This document shows positions 38,301 through 50,349 of a stretch of DNA of 64,000 bases, piece after piece. The stretch covers positions 24,180,001 through 24,244,000 of the forward strand of contig OX597827.1 of NCBI GenBank assembly GCA_951406725.2, in the 5' to 3' direction. The DNA comes from Octopus vulgaris. Lineage: Eukaryota. Positions within the stretch are counted from its first letter, which is position 1. Every line of letters begins with the position of its first letter. The position numbers and the translations under genes were made by a program. The notes under the pieces are model-generated. The model worked only from the letters and a program-made list of their open reading frames with translations, was not told the origin of the DNA and did no database searches.

Positions 38301-41300
38301 CCTAGTCACCAACCGCTCTGGCAGACACACATGTCAGATTGACTACATCCTCACCAGAAAAAGGGAAAGATGGCTGCTTATAAATGCCAAAACTTTCTCA
38401 GGTGAAGAATGTACCCCACAACATAGACTGGTAGTTAGTGACTTCTGGGTAAGGGCTAAATGGATGCCCAGAAGACGACCATCAAGGAGAAGAAGGGTCT
38501 GGAGACTTAAAGATCCCACAAATCGACAGAGATTTAGAGACATACTTGCAGAGATACCCGACGTTGCCCGGTTACATTCAATTGAAGAATTAGACTTTTC
38601 TGTTATATATATATGGATACACACATATATGTATATTAATATAAATACATGAAAGTACATGAAGTTTGTTAAAAAAAAGGGGATCATGTATATACCTCCT
38701 GGCTGTTGAGATTATAACACCTCGTTGTAAACAATGTTCCTTGTTTTTCCTTGTGGAGCATATACAAAAAGGTTTCTTTTGGTTCCTACTCTTGAGCAGC
38801 GAACATACAGTTGTCCATGCGAGAAGCAGGGCTCTTCCAAGAGAAGACCAGCTACAGAGAGGGTTTGACCCTGAGATTTGTTAATGGACATGGCAAAGCT
38901 GACACGAAGGGGGAATTGCAGTCTTCTGAATGTAAATGGAATTTCTGCTCCTGATGGAGTAAGAGGAATTCTTGGAATAAAGACGTCATCACCTTTTCCA
39001 CATCCAGAAAGAATGATCGCTTCGATAAAGTGTGACATCAGTTTCTTTATCACCAGTTGTGTTCCATTGCAAAGTCTTGGTGGTTCCAGATTGCAGAGCA
39101 GCATTACAGGAGTTCCAACTTTAAGTGCTAATATGTGTGGAGGTAGTCCAGGAGGCTCCAGTGAATTGAGAAATTCAGGAGGATAGTTCACAACTTCATT
39201 TATATCTGGAATTGTATCAACAGACTTGTAAGTGTGTGTAGTGCCGGGAAGAGAATGCATTAGCTGTTGATAAATTATGTTAACAGCGACGTTTTTTTGG
39301 AGCTAATATTGCTCTTTCACACAGCCAATTGTGATTTTGGTAGTTTTGTGTGAAGTTGGGAAAGACTTTGTTTTTGAGGTCATCTACAGAATTAACATTT
39401 TTTTTCATTCCAAGTGTAGTATGATGGAATCTGTAGATACAGCAAGGTTTGAGCAAATGGATCCACTTGACAAAGCTTGAAGAATGCAGTGAGTGTGCTA
39501 TCCCTTGGTTCCTCTGCCAACAGAGAAGCATTAGCATCGGTGAAGTACACTCTTTGACCATTTTCCAGGTGCACTGCAAGCTGTTGAATGGCAGGGTGTC
39601 GTTGGTGAATTGAAAAGCCAAAGATGCACCAGAAAGCCTTGTTGCTACTTATGTACCGTCCCACCTGATAATGCGTCACTTCATCCTGGCAGTATTCTTG
39701 TTGGAGTCCAAACATTGCAGTGTCAGAACCCTTGTTTACATATTTGCAAATGTACTTGATGGATTTAACGGAGTTGCAAAACTCAACGTTGATGTGGGCA
39801 TTGAAAGTCTTTGACAGGAGTGGGCAGTATGGAACAATCCATCTATTATCAATATCATGCTGTCCGATAGTTGCTGTGAAACCTCCGTCTTCTGGTTTTC
39901 TGCATCTGTATGATGGATACCCATCAGCACCTGTCTGCATTTCTTGTAGGAACCTCCTTGGAAAGCTTTTTGAACATATGCTGTCCTTCAAGCATGGTGA
40001 GTTTATGTTGAATCCATACCCACATGGACCATGTACCATGTTTGCTTTAACTATTTCGTATAGTTCTTTGTCTAAAGCTGGATCAGGAAGCTCTGCAGAG
40101 ATTATCTTTTCGATGTCATTGGAATTGATCTTGACTGAGAGCCAAAGCAGGATATGAGCTTGTGGAAGCCCCCTTTTTTGCCACTCGATTGTGTACATGT
40201 CACATTGTATGGGCCCAAAGACTTGCCCTTTTTGTATGAGCTCCATGAGACAGATTAACTTCAGATGGAAAACACGGGTGTTGAGATTCCGGTTCGAATG
40301 TAAGGCAGGTTTGAAAGTGTTCCAAACAGTCATTAGTTGTAGTGGTAGAGTGTTTATGCCGAATATGTACGTATGCATGTATATATATGCCTGTATATAT
40401 GTACAAAATCCACTGAGAAGGCTTTTGTTGGTCTGAGGCTACAGCAGAAGACACATGCCAAGTCACCACACAGTGGGACTGAACCCAGGACCATGTGTTT
40501 GGAACGAAGTTTGTTACCAGACAGCCACACCTATGTGTGTGTGTGCGTATGCATGTATGGGTAGATATATTATGCATGTATATATGTGTATATATATGTG
40601 TACATATTACATGTACACATATATATATACATCTACACATAAAATACAAAATACAAAGTTATATCTTGATATCGCTAGTGATAACAATACTCAAAATATA
40701 TAACAGACTGGAATTGTAGGCCCGTCTCTTGCAATTTGGATCAATTGGATCTTGTCCTCCCTCTTGTATAGAAGTGTATGGCTGCAGCGAAATTCATTTT
40801 TGGACTTTCTTCTATCGAAAGCATTTTAACAAAAATGCTTCTGTAAAGACGGTGAAAATATTGTCAATTTCCCCAAACAGGGACACAATTCAATTTTTAA
40901 ACAATAACCAAAGCCCCTTCTCCAAAAGGGGGAGGGTTACGGTTTACAATTATTTAACAAATGCAACACAACAACGTTTCCCTGACGAGGAACCAACAAA
41001 CGTGATTACAATAGTCAAACAGTAATAATAATAACAACAAACCTTTTTAATTTATCCCCATTTATGTGAAACCACTTATTCAAGTTCAAGTCATTGATGC
41101 AATTTTATACGAATTGCTAATACACACGCACACACATAATAAGGGTGAAAAATTGAATATTAATTTGATTAATAAAGATGTCATCACCTTTTCCACATCC
41201 ATAGCGGATCTTCTTCTAGCAAAATGGATGACCACTTGTTAATGGTTCATCCCTGTTATATAACACTTTCACTATAATAGTTTCAGTATAAAAATGAAAG

Positions 41301-44300
41301 TGTCTGCATTACAATAAAGAGATGTTTTTGTTTCACTTTTAACATGTAATACTGAGATAGTGGAGAAGATATGATATTGCTGTGGAGTCGCCCTAGGCAA
41401 AAGAACTCCCTGGACCTTAAGTAAGGCATGTGTAAAATTTGAATGAAATTGGTTGTGTAGTTCTCAAGTTTTAGGGAAACACACAGAGACACATTCTCAG
41501 TTTTATATATATAGAGATTACTCGAAGCCTTTGACAAAATAGAAGGGGATACAGCTTCACATGGGATAGAAGACAACTGGAGGTTCCTACGGGACAACCT
41601 GCTAAGGGCCACCGACCAGATCTGTGGATGGTGCAAAGTCCCCTCTCAACCCAAAATAACGTAGTGGTGAAACAATGTTGTTGACTGGGCTATTAGACAA
41701 AAGAGACAGGCTTGGAAGGACTGGAAGAACGGTGGTAGCAGAGAAGAGTATCAGACTGCCAGAAGGGAAGCTAGGAAGCAGGTTTATTTAGCAGGAGGGA
41801 AAGCAAATAAGAAAAAATTTGCCAATGTTCTGCGCCATGAAGAAGAAAGACTAAAGGTATTTCATGTTGCAAGACAGTGTGTGAGTGAGAATCGTGATGT
41901 GGTAGGTGAGAAATGTGTTCGCATGGATGATGGTTCAATTGCGCTAAATAAGGATGCAAAGAGAGAGGTTTGGAGACGCCACTATGAAAGGTTGCTGAAT
42001 AAAGAAAATGAATGGGATAAAGAGAGTTTGCCAAATGTTGACCCAACAGAGGGACCAGCTATCTGAGTTGACAGTACCTTGGTAGATAAGGCAATTAGAA
42101 GTATGAAGACAGGGAAAGCCCCAGGCCCATTGGGAATTACTGCAGAGATGCTCAAAATATCTGGCAGTGTCGGCTATAGCCTAGTCACCCGTATAGTTAA
42201 CCAGGTGATACACGAAGGAGTCATACCCAATGACTGGTGTAGCAGCATAATAGTCAACTGCTACAAAGCTAAAGGTGTTGCTCTAGATACATAATTACAG
42301 AGGTATTGAGCTGTTGGATCAGGTAATGAAGGTTATGGAGAGGGTCATAGTCCAACTGATTAGGGAGAGAGTCAGCTTGGATGAGATGCAGTTTGGTTTC
42401 GTGCCAGGGAAAAGCACCACTGATGTCGTATTTCTGGTAAGACAGCTGCAGGAGAAATACCTAGCCCTTGTACCTGGCTTTCATTGACATGGAGAAAGCC
42501 TTTGACAGGGTCCCCCGATCCCTTATCTGGTGGTCAATGAGGAAACTAGGGATAGATGAATGGTTAGTGAGAGCTGTGCAAGACATGTACAGGGACGCTG
42601 TAAGTAAGGTAAGGGTTGGCAACGAGTACACTGAAGAATTCCGGGTAGAGGTAGGGGTCCACCAAGGTTCAGTCCTCTGCCCCCTCCTATTTATCATAGT
42701 CCTCCAGGCAATAACGGAGGAATTCAAGACAGGATGCCCCTGGGAGCTCCTCTATGCTGATGACCTTGCTCTAATTGCTGAGTCACTATCAGAACTAGAG
42801 GAGAAGTTTCAGTTGTGGAAACAAGGATTAGAATCGAAAGGCCTTAGAGTCAACCTAGCTAAAACCAAAGTACTAATAAGTAGGAAGGCAGGCAAACCAC
42901 AAATCCCTTCAGGTGGATGGCCCTGCTCGATCTGTAGTAGAGGCGTAGGTAGAAACTCTATAAGATGTACCCAGTGTAAGCTATAGACACATAAGAGGTG
43001 CAGTAATATCAAAGGAAGGCTAACAGGGAAGATAGTTTTTGTATGTGGCAGATGCTCGGGAGCAATAAGCACTGAAAATGCGCAGAAAACAACTCCTGCC
43101 ACATTCCAGGGAGGAAAACTAGAAGTAGTTGATAGCTTCCATTACCTAGGGGACCAAGTCAGTAGCGGGGGTGGGTGTGCTGAAAGTGTAGTTGCTAGAA
43201 TAAGAATAGCTTGGGCAAAGTTCAGAGAGCTCTTACCTCTGCAGGTGACTAAAGGCCTCTCGCTCAGAGTAAAAGGTTGGCTGTATGATGCATGTGTACG
43301 AACAGCCATGCTACATGGCAGTGAAACATGGGCCATGACTGCTGAGGACATGTGTAAGCTTGCAAGAAATGAAGCCAGTATGCTCCGATGGATGTGTAAT
43401 GTCAGTGTGCATACTCGACAGAGTGTAAATACCTTCAGAGAAAAGTTGAACCTAAAAAGCATTAGATGTGGTGTGCAAGGGAGACAACTGCACTGGTATG
43501 GACATGTGACGAGAATGGATGACGACAGCTGTGTGAAAAAGTGCCACACCCTGGTGGTTGAGGGAACCTGTGGAAGAGGTAGACCTAGGAAGACCTGGGA
43601 TGAAGTGGTGAAGCACGACCTTCGAACTTTGGGCCTCACCAAGGAAATGACTAGTGACCAAGACTTCTGGAAATATGCTGTGCTTAAGAAGACCCGGCAA
43701 GCCAAATGAGACCATAATCTCGTGGCCTATGCCAGGGGCGTTACCAGCCCACTTATGCGTACCTTTCCTTCTTTGGACACTAAAAGTCTGCTTGTGAAGA
43801 CCTGTTGAGGCAAATGAAATCAAAAATCAAAATCAAATTCGATGACTGGCATCCGTGCTAGTGGGGTGCAAAGAGCACCATACGAGTGTGATCATTGACA
43901 GAGCAGCTAACCGGCTTCTGTGCCAGTGGCACTTAAAAGGCACCATTCCGAGCGTGATCGTTACCAGCGTCGCACTACTGGCACTCGAGGAGCCCCGTGC
44001 TAGTAGGGTATTAAGAGCAATATTTGAGCGTGATCATTGACAGAGCAGCTAACCGGCTTCTGTGCCAGTGGAACTTAAAAGGCACCATTTGAGTGTGATC
44101 GTTACCAGCGTCGCACTACTGGCACTCGAGCCCCGTGCTAGTAGTGTATTAAGAGCACCATCTAAGTGTGATCATTGCCAGAGCAGCTAACTGGCACCTG
44201 TGCTGGTGGCATGTGTAAAAGATTCGAGCGAGGCCGTTGCTAGTGCCTCCTGACTGGCACGTAAAAGCACCCACTACACTCTTGGAGTGGTTGGCGTTAG

Positions 44301-47300
44301 GAAGGGCATCCAGCTGTAGAAACTCTGCCAGATCAAGATTGAAGCCTAGTGCAGCCATCTGGTTCGCCAGCCCTCAGTCATACGTCCAACCCATGCTAGC
44401 ATGGAAAGCAGACGTTAAACGATGATGAATGAATGAAATCATAGTTGTGGCCAGTGCCACCTGACTGGCCCCCATGCTGGTGGCACATACAAAGCATCAT
44501 CCGAACGTGGTCGATGCCAGTGCCGCCTGACTGGTTCCTGTGCCGGTGACATGTCAAAGCACCCATTACACTCTGTGATTGGCGTTAGGAAGGGCATCCA
44601 GCTGTAGAAACCTTGCCAAATCAGATTGAAGCCTGGTGCAGCCTTCTGGCTAGCCAACTGCATGTCAAACCGTCCAACCCATGACAGCATGGAAAGCAGA
44701 TGCTAATCGATGATGGTGTGTGATTGGGCTGTGTCCATGCACTGGGGAATCAATTTGAAAGGTCTGGTCATACAAACTGATCCCAGTCTTTATTCCCTTT
44801 AAGTTTGGAATTTTATTCTATCAATCTCTTTTGTTGAACTGGTAAGTTATGGAGATATAAACAAACTGTTATCAATTCTCAAGAGGTTTGGAGACAACAC
44901 ACACACACACACAAGGAGCTTCCACAGTTTTTGTTTACCAATAAAGAATTGGTTGGCCTAGGGTTACACTGGAAGGTAATTGCCAAAGGTGCCGTGTAGC
45001 GGGACAAAACCTGGAACCTTGAGGTTGTGAAGCAGAAAACTTAACCACACAGCCATGCTTGCACCAAAACTCACCTGTTGTGTATTTATGACTCCAGGTG
45101 TGTCATAAAGCCAACGACTCCGTTCCAAGGTTGATTTAAATGTTTCAAGTCGTTTGGCTTTTTCAGATTTTAATTTCGCATCAAGCTCTGATGGTGTAAT
45201 CGAGGCATTTGACTTCGCTGTATAGGAGGTGACACTAAAACCTTCATAATCATTGTCAGGAGGAGTGACAAACTGTGTCATTCGAACCAGTCCTACGATA
45301 AAGGGAAACAGAAAATTTTAATTTAAAAAACTGAATAATGTAAGTGAAATGGACATCATCATCATCATCATCATTAAACATCTGTTTTCCATGCTGGTAT
45401 GGGTTGGACAGTTTGATAGGAACTGGCAAGCTGGAGTGCTGTACAAAGTTCCAAAGTGTATGTTTTGGCATGGTTTCTACAGCTGGATGCCCTTCCTCAT
45501 ACCAACCACTTTACAGAGTGTACTGGGTGCTTTTGCATGGCACAAGCACATGTGCTTGTTATGTGGAACCAGCAAAGGTGCATTTTATGTGACACCAGCA
45601 TGTACATTCCTTTATTTTATTTCTGGAAAAAAAAAAAGGTATTAACTCCATGAAACTGGGCATGAGGAAAGGTAGTGCCTCTGATCTTAGTGAGAAAGAA
45701 AATATCTTCAAACCAGAACACACTCCCAGATGCTGGCAACCAAGTCAGCTCCTCTGAAAGTACCCAAGAACCAGGTAGGCAACCAAGTAGGCCACAGCAG
45801 AAACAGAATTCAGAACACAGAGCTGAAACAAATATCACAAGAATCCCATCTAGAAGTCTAATGATACAGCCAGTCCTATATTCTAGGCTGGTACTACTCT
45901 CCACTGCTCCCAGTTGAGGGGTTTTGTCTTACAAGGTACTAGGTGATCCTGTCGATGCTGGGGCCACATACAAAGCACTGATGCTGGTGCTGCAGAAAAA
46001 AAGCACTGGTGATGGTGCCATGTAAAAAGCATTTGGTACACTCTGTAAAGTGGATGCTGTTAAACAGGGCATCCAGCTCTAGAAACTTTGCAAAAACAGA
46101 TAATTGGAGCCTGGTACGACTCCTGGTCTAGCCAGCTCCTGTCAAACCATCTAACCCATGCCAGCATGGAAAGCGGATGTTAGTTGATGATGGTGATATT
46201 TTGTCACAAAATACATTGGCAGGTAGTATGACTAACGACTGTTTTTCTGGAACAAAGTACAATTGTTGAAGAGTTTGATTTTCAAGAAGACCATCAATAA
46301 ATACTCACCTCTCAAAATAGCATTATAACTCAATCCATATTTTTCTAATTTGATTCTTTGATGCATCTTCATTTCTTGAAGCACCTCTGCATCTTCTTGA
46401 AGTCTTGCTCTACGTTTATACATCCGTTCTGATGTTGGTGATAAAATCGGGAATTTTAGTAAATTTAAAGTGGTGCCTAAAAGGAATTTAAAGCAAAGAT
46501 AATAACTATCGTCAGAAATAAGGATAATATGAATTTTTTTTGCAATTGAAAGCAATTCCTGTATAAAATTCTTAAAATAAATGAAGACACATTAACCCTT
46601 TCGTTACTGTATATATTTTGAGATGCTCTGTGTTTCTCGCAGTTATTTTAAGTATAACAAAGAATTTAGTAAAATAACTCAGTTATCATTAAGCTAGTGT
46701 TAGGAACATAAATTGTGACTAAAGTTTGGTGGAAGATTTTAATTTAGAACTTTTGAAAGCAAGACATTTGTACTCAGAGCCAGAGGTGGTTTCAGCTGCG
46801 TTGGTAACGAAAGGGTTAAAAAATGAATTCTTGAAATAATTACAGAAATGAGATACAACTCTTTATTCTTGTATTGGTTCCAGTATCATCATCATTTAAC
46901 GTCTGTTTTCCACATTGGCATGGGTTGGATGGTTTGTTTGGATCCAATGACCCAGAAGTCTACACCAAGCTGCAATGTCCGCTTTGATATGGTTTCTATG
47001 GCTGGATGCGTTTTTCCTAATACCAAATACTTTACAGAGTGTACATGGAGCTTTATTCATGGCACCAGCACTAGTAAGGTCACTAGATAACATGCAAGTC
47101 AAAAGTTCTTTTGACTGGGTAGGGGTACCGTATTGGAAGGGGTGGCTTTGTGCCATGTGTTGAGAGGTGAAAGTATGATGGAGAAACAGGAACAGGTGTC
47201 TTGCAGCAGAGGAGATACATGGCTACTCTAGCTGCAAAGGATGGTGGCACTAAAGTACCAGTTTACCCTCAAGTCATGAGAATGTGGATTAAGAAAGAAT

Positions 47301-49522
47301 TGGGGCAGAGAAGTTAGTATTTACGTTATTTTGCAGGATTATTTGAGACCTCCTGTTGTTTAATTTTCCAAAGGAATGGTGAGTTGGACATATTCATGTT
47401 AGTCTTACTAATGTTAGAGGCTCATCACAAAGACCCGAGGCACAGCTCCTTTCTTTGGAGCAAATCAATAAAAAAAATATAAATAACAGGTTTGTACTAT
47501 TCTATATTTTTGAGACGAGGAATTGTCTAAATTATTTACAATGGACGGAAAAGTGTCCCCCTACTTGTTTGTTGTTACCACAACGTTTCAGCTAATGTCC
47601 TCTCCAGCTTTTATCAGCTGAAATGTGGTAACGACAAACAAGATGAACACACCTCTCTGTCCATTGTAAATAACGTAACTGGTTATTTATTAAAGAAGAA
47701 GAATTCAGAAAAATTTACCTGGCCAAACAGAGACGGTTGCTTTTTGGAAAATTTCGCGTGCTTGAGATTTACAGAAATCTGACTCCAACAAAATGTTGAA
47801 GATAGACGACTTTCCAACATTACTGCTTCCCACAAGATAAACATCACCTATTTCAAAAAATAACAAACATTTCATTCGATAAAAAACTCTTGATAATTCG
47901 AAATTTCAATGTTTTGTTTTATTTAATGCGCTTTTCATAAAGAAGCATAAATCAATAATTAGATAAAAGCACCTCCCCCACCCCAGTCAAGTGTCCAGCA
48001 TTATGAACAATTGGTTACAAATTTATCATTACACCTTTACGCACACAATCATGAAGTAGTGAGTTCGATTCCCAGACTGGGCTGTGTGTTGTGTTCTTGA
48101 GCAAGACTATTTCACATTTACTCGAAAATTTTACCGAACTTTCTAGGTGCAATCCCAAGGTCATTAATGACTGAAGGGGGTCTTTTTATATGTATATATG
48201 TGCGTGTCTTTATGTCTGTGTGAGTCCCCAACCACCCACTTGACAACTGGAGTTCGTTTGTTTACGTCCCTATGACTAGAGGTTAGAGAAAAGGAATACG
48301 TATGCAATATGTACGAAGCTTAAAAAAGAAAGATTAAGGGCCGGGCGTCGATTCGTTCGATCGAAACAATTAAATGATAAAAGAGGAGAAACTGATAATA
48401 AAAGAAATGTCTCTCACCATTCTTTCCATGATCGTCGAACAGTTTGTTTATAAGATGTTCAATGCCATAACCAGTCTTGGCACTAACTAATTCTATATGT
48501 CTAATGTTGTAACCGGAAGGATTCCAACCAGCTTGGGAACAAGCTGTGAATAAATATTTCTCCAACCTTTTTAGATAATGTGGAGAATCCATTGGGATGA
48601 GATCAACCTTATTTCCAATGATATAAACCGGTCTTTTACGACCAATAATCGGTAATATATCGTGAAGCATACTATTATTGATATCTGACAGATCAACGGT
48701 GAACAGCACAATAGCGCGAGAGTCGTGGATTTTAGATAAGATTTGGGGATAACCTTCAATAGGGATTTTCATGTTTAAACAATGTTTGTGATATGTCATT
48801 AACAAACATCGAAAGCAAAGTGTTTTTTCCATTTTTTCAAGAGTTAAAGAAATGAATTTTTTACTGCTTATATATCCTGGCCGATTTTGGTCTTGACAGT
48901 GTAATGTTGCTCCACACCCGGGGCAGTTCACATTACTGGCCTCGACGGAAGGGTCTGGTTCCCCAACTGAGTAAGATTTTTTCTTTTGTGGATCTTCATA
49001 AGTTTTTATACTTAGTCGTAGTTTATGTAAAAAGCTTTCGGTCTGGTCTGCAGAAAAATTTAATTCTTCATAAGCCTTAAGTAACTTTTGTGTTGCATCA
49101 CTTTCGTAAAAGACTTTAGAAAGTCCAAGCTGACCCTCAATGTTTGGCCTTGAAATTTCGGTTGATTCCATCAGTGGCTCGTTTGTAATGTTTTCCTTAT
49201 TCAAAATCATGCGAGTGGCAAGAGAAAATCCTTCGAAAGGATCATCAGCCTTTTCGCCTTCTTCTTTTAATGCTTGTTGCATTTTTCTTCTCCGATATTT
49301 CTTATATTTTCGGCACAATATCATCTTTGGTATTTCCAAACAAATACTTCTTCGCGTCAAAGGACAAGGAAGTGTAATCTCTCGTTCGTAACCAAACTTT
49401 AGAGTTTGTCTCTGAGTATTTAACTTCACATTACACAAACATTTCATCAGATTTTCGTGTTTATTTCCAGGGTTTAATGTAAATCTCCGAAGAGGCAATC
49501 GACCCAACATCAACACAGACAT
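29338..49522 (-). CDS. NOA1: Nitric oxide-associated protein 1 (mitochondrial circularly permuted GTPase), 8 exons, 730 aa
   Basis: Exons 49522-48418, 47847-47719, 46476-46309, 45292-45075, 35656-35525, 32245-32129, 30921-30804, 29543-29338; all GT-AG with compatible phases (2193 nt); CPGCG..CFRC Zn finger; G4 NKVD, G5 SAK, G1 GSSNVGKS, G2 PGTT, G3 DTPG order. Confidence 0.93.
30804..30921 (-). CDS. NOA1: NOA1 exon 7
   Basis: [24 protein letters not shown]. Confidence 0.88.
31005..31295 (+). mobile_element. tRNA-derived SINE
   Basis: A-box-like tcagtggttag and B-box-like gtttcgattccc, followed by a non-tRNA body. Confidence 0.7.
31318..31680 (-). mobile_element. Two tandem tRNA-derived SINEs with a Meta-like central domain and Tx1-like 3' tail
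   Basis: B box gagttcaaattcc; core gtcgactttgcctttcatcctttcggggtcgataaattaagtaccag, also at 32490-32695, 51445-51600, 60408-60600 and 60733-60920. Confidence 0.8.
32129..32245 (-). CDS. NOA1: NOA1 exon 6
   Basis: [23 protein letters not shown]. Confidence 0.85.
32700..34110 (+). mobile_element. Old degenerate RTE LINE fragment
   Basis: Colinear nucleotide similarity to the RTE at 41.9-43 kb (gagatgcaattt, gacagggtgcc, gaggaaactagg, aaacctagcaaa). Confidence 0.75.
33372..33664. mobile_element. hAT-type MITE inserted in the old RTE
   Basis: TIRs caggggttctcaacc / ggttgagaaccactg; flanks gtaaagat and gtgtagat (6/8 TSD match). Confidence 0.75.
34770..35330 (+). repeat. RTE 3'-UTR-derived dispersed repeat
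   Basis: Near identical to 43765-44430; ends acgttaaacgatgatga. Related copies at 30410-30575(-), 35860-36185(+), 44440-44715(+), 45355-45600(-), 45930-46195(+), 46885-47090(-), 59915-60360(-). Confidence 0.85.
35525..35656 (-). CDS. NOA1: NOA1 exon 5
   Basis: [24 protein letters not shown]. Confidence 0.9.
36965..37184. mobile_element. piggyBac-like MITE
   Basis: Inverted ends aactctttagcatt / aatgctaaagagttaa; partial copy at about 28860-29060. Confidence 0.65.
37670..44430 (+). mobile_element. RTE-clade LINE (EN + RT, disrupted), antisense in NOA1 intron 4, interrupted by a Helitron
   Basis: [25 protein letters not shown] (EN); [23 protein letters not shown] (RT); GRGRPRKTW; (GAT)n tail. 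Confidence 0.92.
38545..41517 (-). mobile_element. Internally deleted Helitron with Rep and PIF1-helicase remnants
   Basis: 5' TC at 41517; 3' hairpin ccgggcaacgtcggg and CAAG (CTAG variant); inserted between A and T with no TSD; [24 protein letters not shown]; [26 protein letters not shown]. Confidence 0.9.
45075..45292 (-). CDS. NOA1: NOA1 exon 4
   Basis: ..[13 protein letters not shown]. Confidence 0.9.
46309..46476 (-). CDS. NOA1: NOA1 exon 3
   Basis: [10 protein letters not shown]..; GT-AG, phase 1-1. Confidence 0.9.
46596..46815. mobile_element. piggyBac-type MITE
   Basis: TTAA TSD on both sides; TIR ccctttcgttac / gtaacgaaaggg. Confidence 0.85.
47500..47680 (-). mobile_element. PLE 3'-end remnant with inverted duplication and a degenerate hammerhead (CUGAUAA)
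   Basis: Same family as 53188-53670 and 55700-56190; fold-back centred near 47600. Confidence 0.65.
47719..47847 (-). CDS. NOA1: NOA1 exon 2
   Basis: [22 protein letters not shown]. Confidence 0.93.
48418..49522 (-). CDS. NOA1: NOA1 coding exon 1
   Basis: ATG 49522; Zn finger, [13 protein letters not shown]; donor GTGAGA. Confidence 0.92.
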
Positions 49523-49664
49523 CTTGTAAACACGTGTTTCACTTGACAAAACCAGATTCCAATCTGTCGTCCAGCTGACACAGAAACCTTAAACGAATAA
49601 ACTGCAATTACCTACAAAATCTAAAGAAACTAAATTAATTCCTATAAGATCAATAAGTTCTGTG

Positions 49665-50349
49665 GGTACTACTTGAGAACAGTGGTCCCGGTGCGCGCAC
49701 TCGCGTAGTCGCGCATCCGCGCTAGCTAGTCATGATTAATCGATCCTACAACGACTACCAAGCAAAGTAAATAAAACACAAAATAAATAATTTTTTTACA
49801 CAAAGTAAATAATTTTTGTTAAACAAAGTGGATCTTTTCGGTTTGAACGGCAGTTTTTTCTAGCGGTGTCATATGAAATTGTCATCCATAATTATGACCC
49901 TGGTATCGATCTATTGCATTTCAATATGTTTTAGGGTTAGAGGTGGGGGGAAGGGTATCTTTTTTCTTCACAAATGTAAATAAACCCAATCTGTTTCTTA
50001 AACGAGGGACATATTCATACGGCACAGAATGTTTTTTTACCTCAATAGACGTCAGTGATTGGTTGAAATCGCAGAAATTGAAGAAAAAAACAACAAATAT
50101 CTTACAAACTATAGAATTTTCTCAATAAAGCCAAGAGAAAAAGATGTTTTATAAACACATTCTACCAGTATACGAAGTTTAAAATTTTTTTAGTTACCTA
50201 GAAATTATGTTAAAAACTGACGTTCAAAGTGAAAAGATCCAACAAAGTAAATAAAACAAAAAAAACACAAAGTAAGGATCGACTAGTCATGACTAGCTAG
50301 CACGGATGCGCGAGTGCGCGCACCGGGACCACTGTTCTCAAGTAGTACC
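49665..50349. mobile_element. MITE with about 85-bp CpG-rich TIRs and a 13-bp target duplication
   Basis: ggtactacttgagaacagtggtcccggtgcgcgcactcgcg.. inverted at 50272-50349; aataagttctgtg at 49652-64 and 50350-62. Confidence 0.88.
49830..50240. mobile_element. Nested Merlin-like MITE (GG..CC ends, 8-bp TSD)
   Basis: TIR ggatcttttc..gaacg.cagttttt; TSD aacaaagt at 49822-29 and 50241-48. Confidence 0.85.

Noticed and set aside
48320-48417. ORF read-through past NOA1 exon 1
   Set aside because: Intron sequence after a good GT donor; the GTPase motifs continue in exon 2
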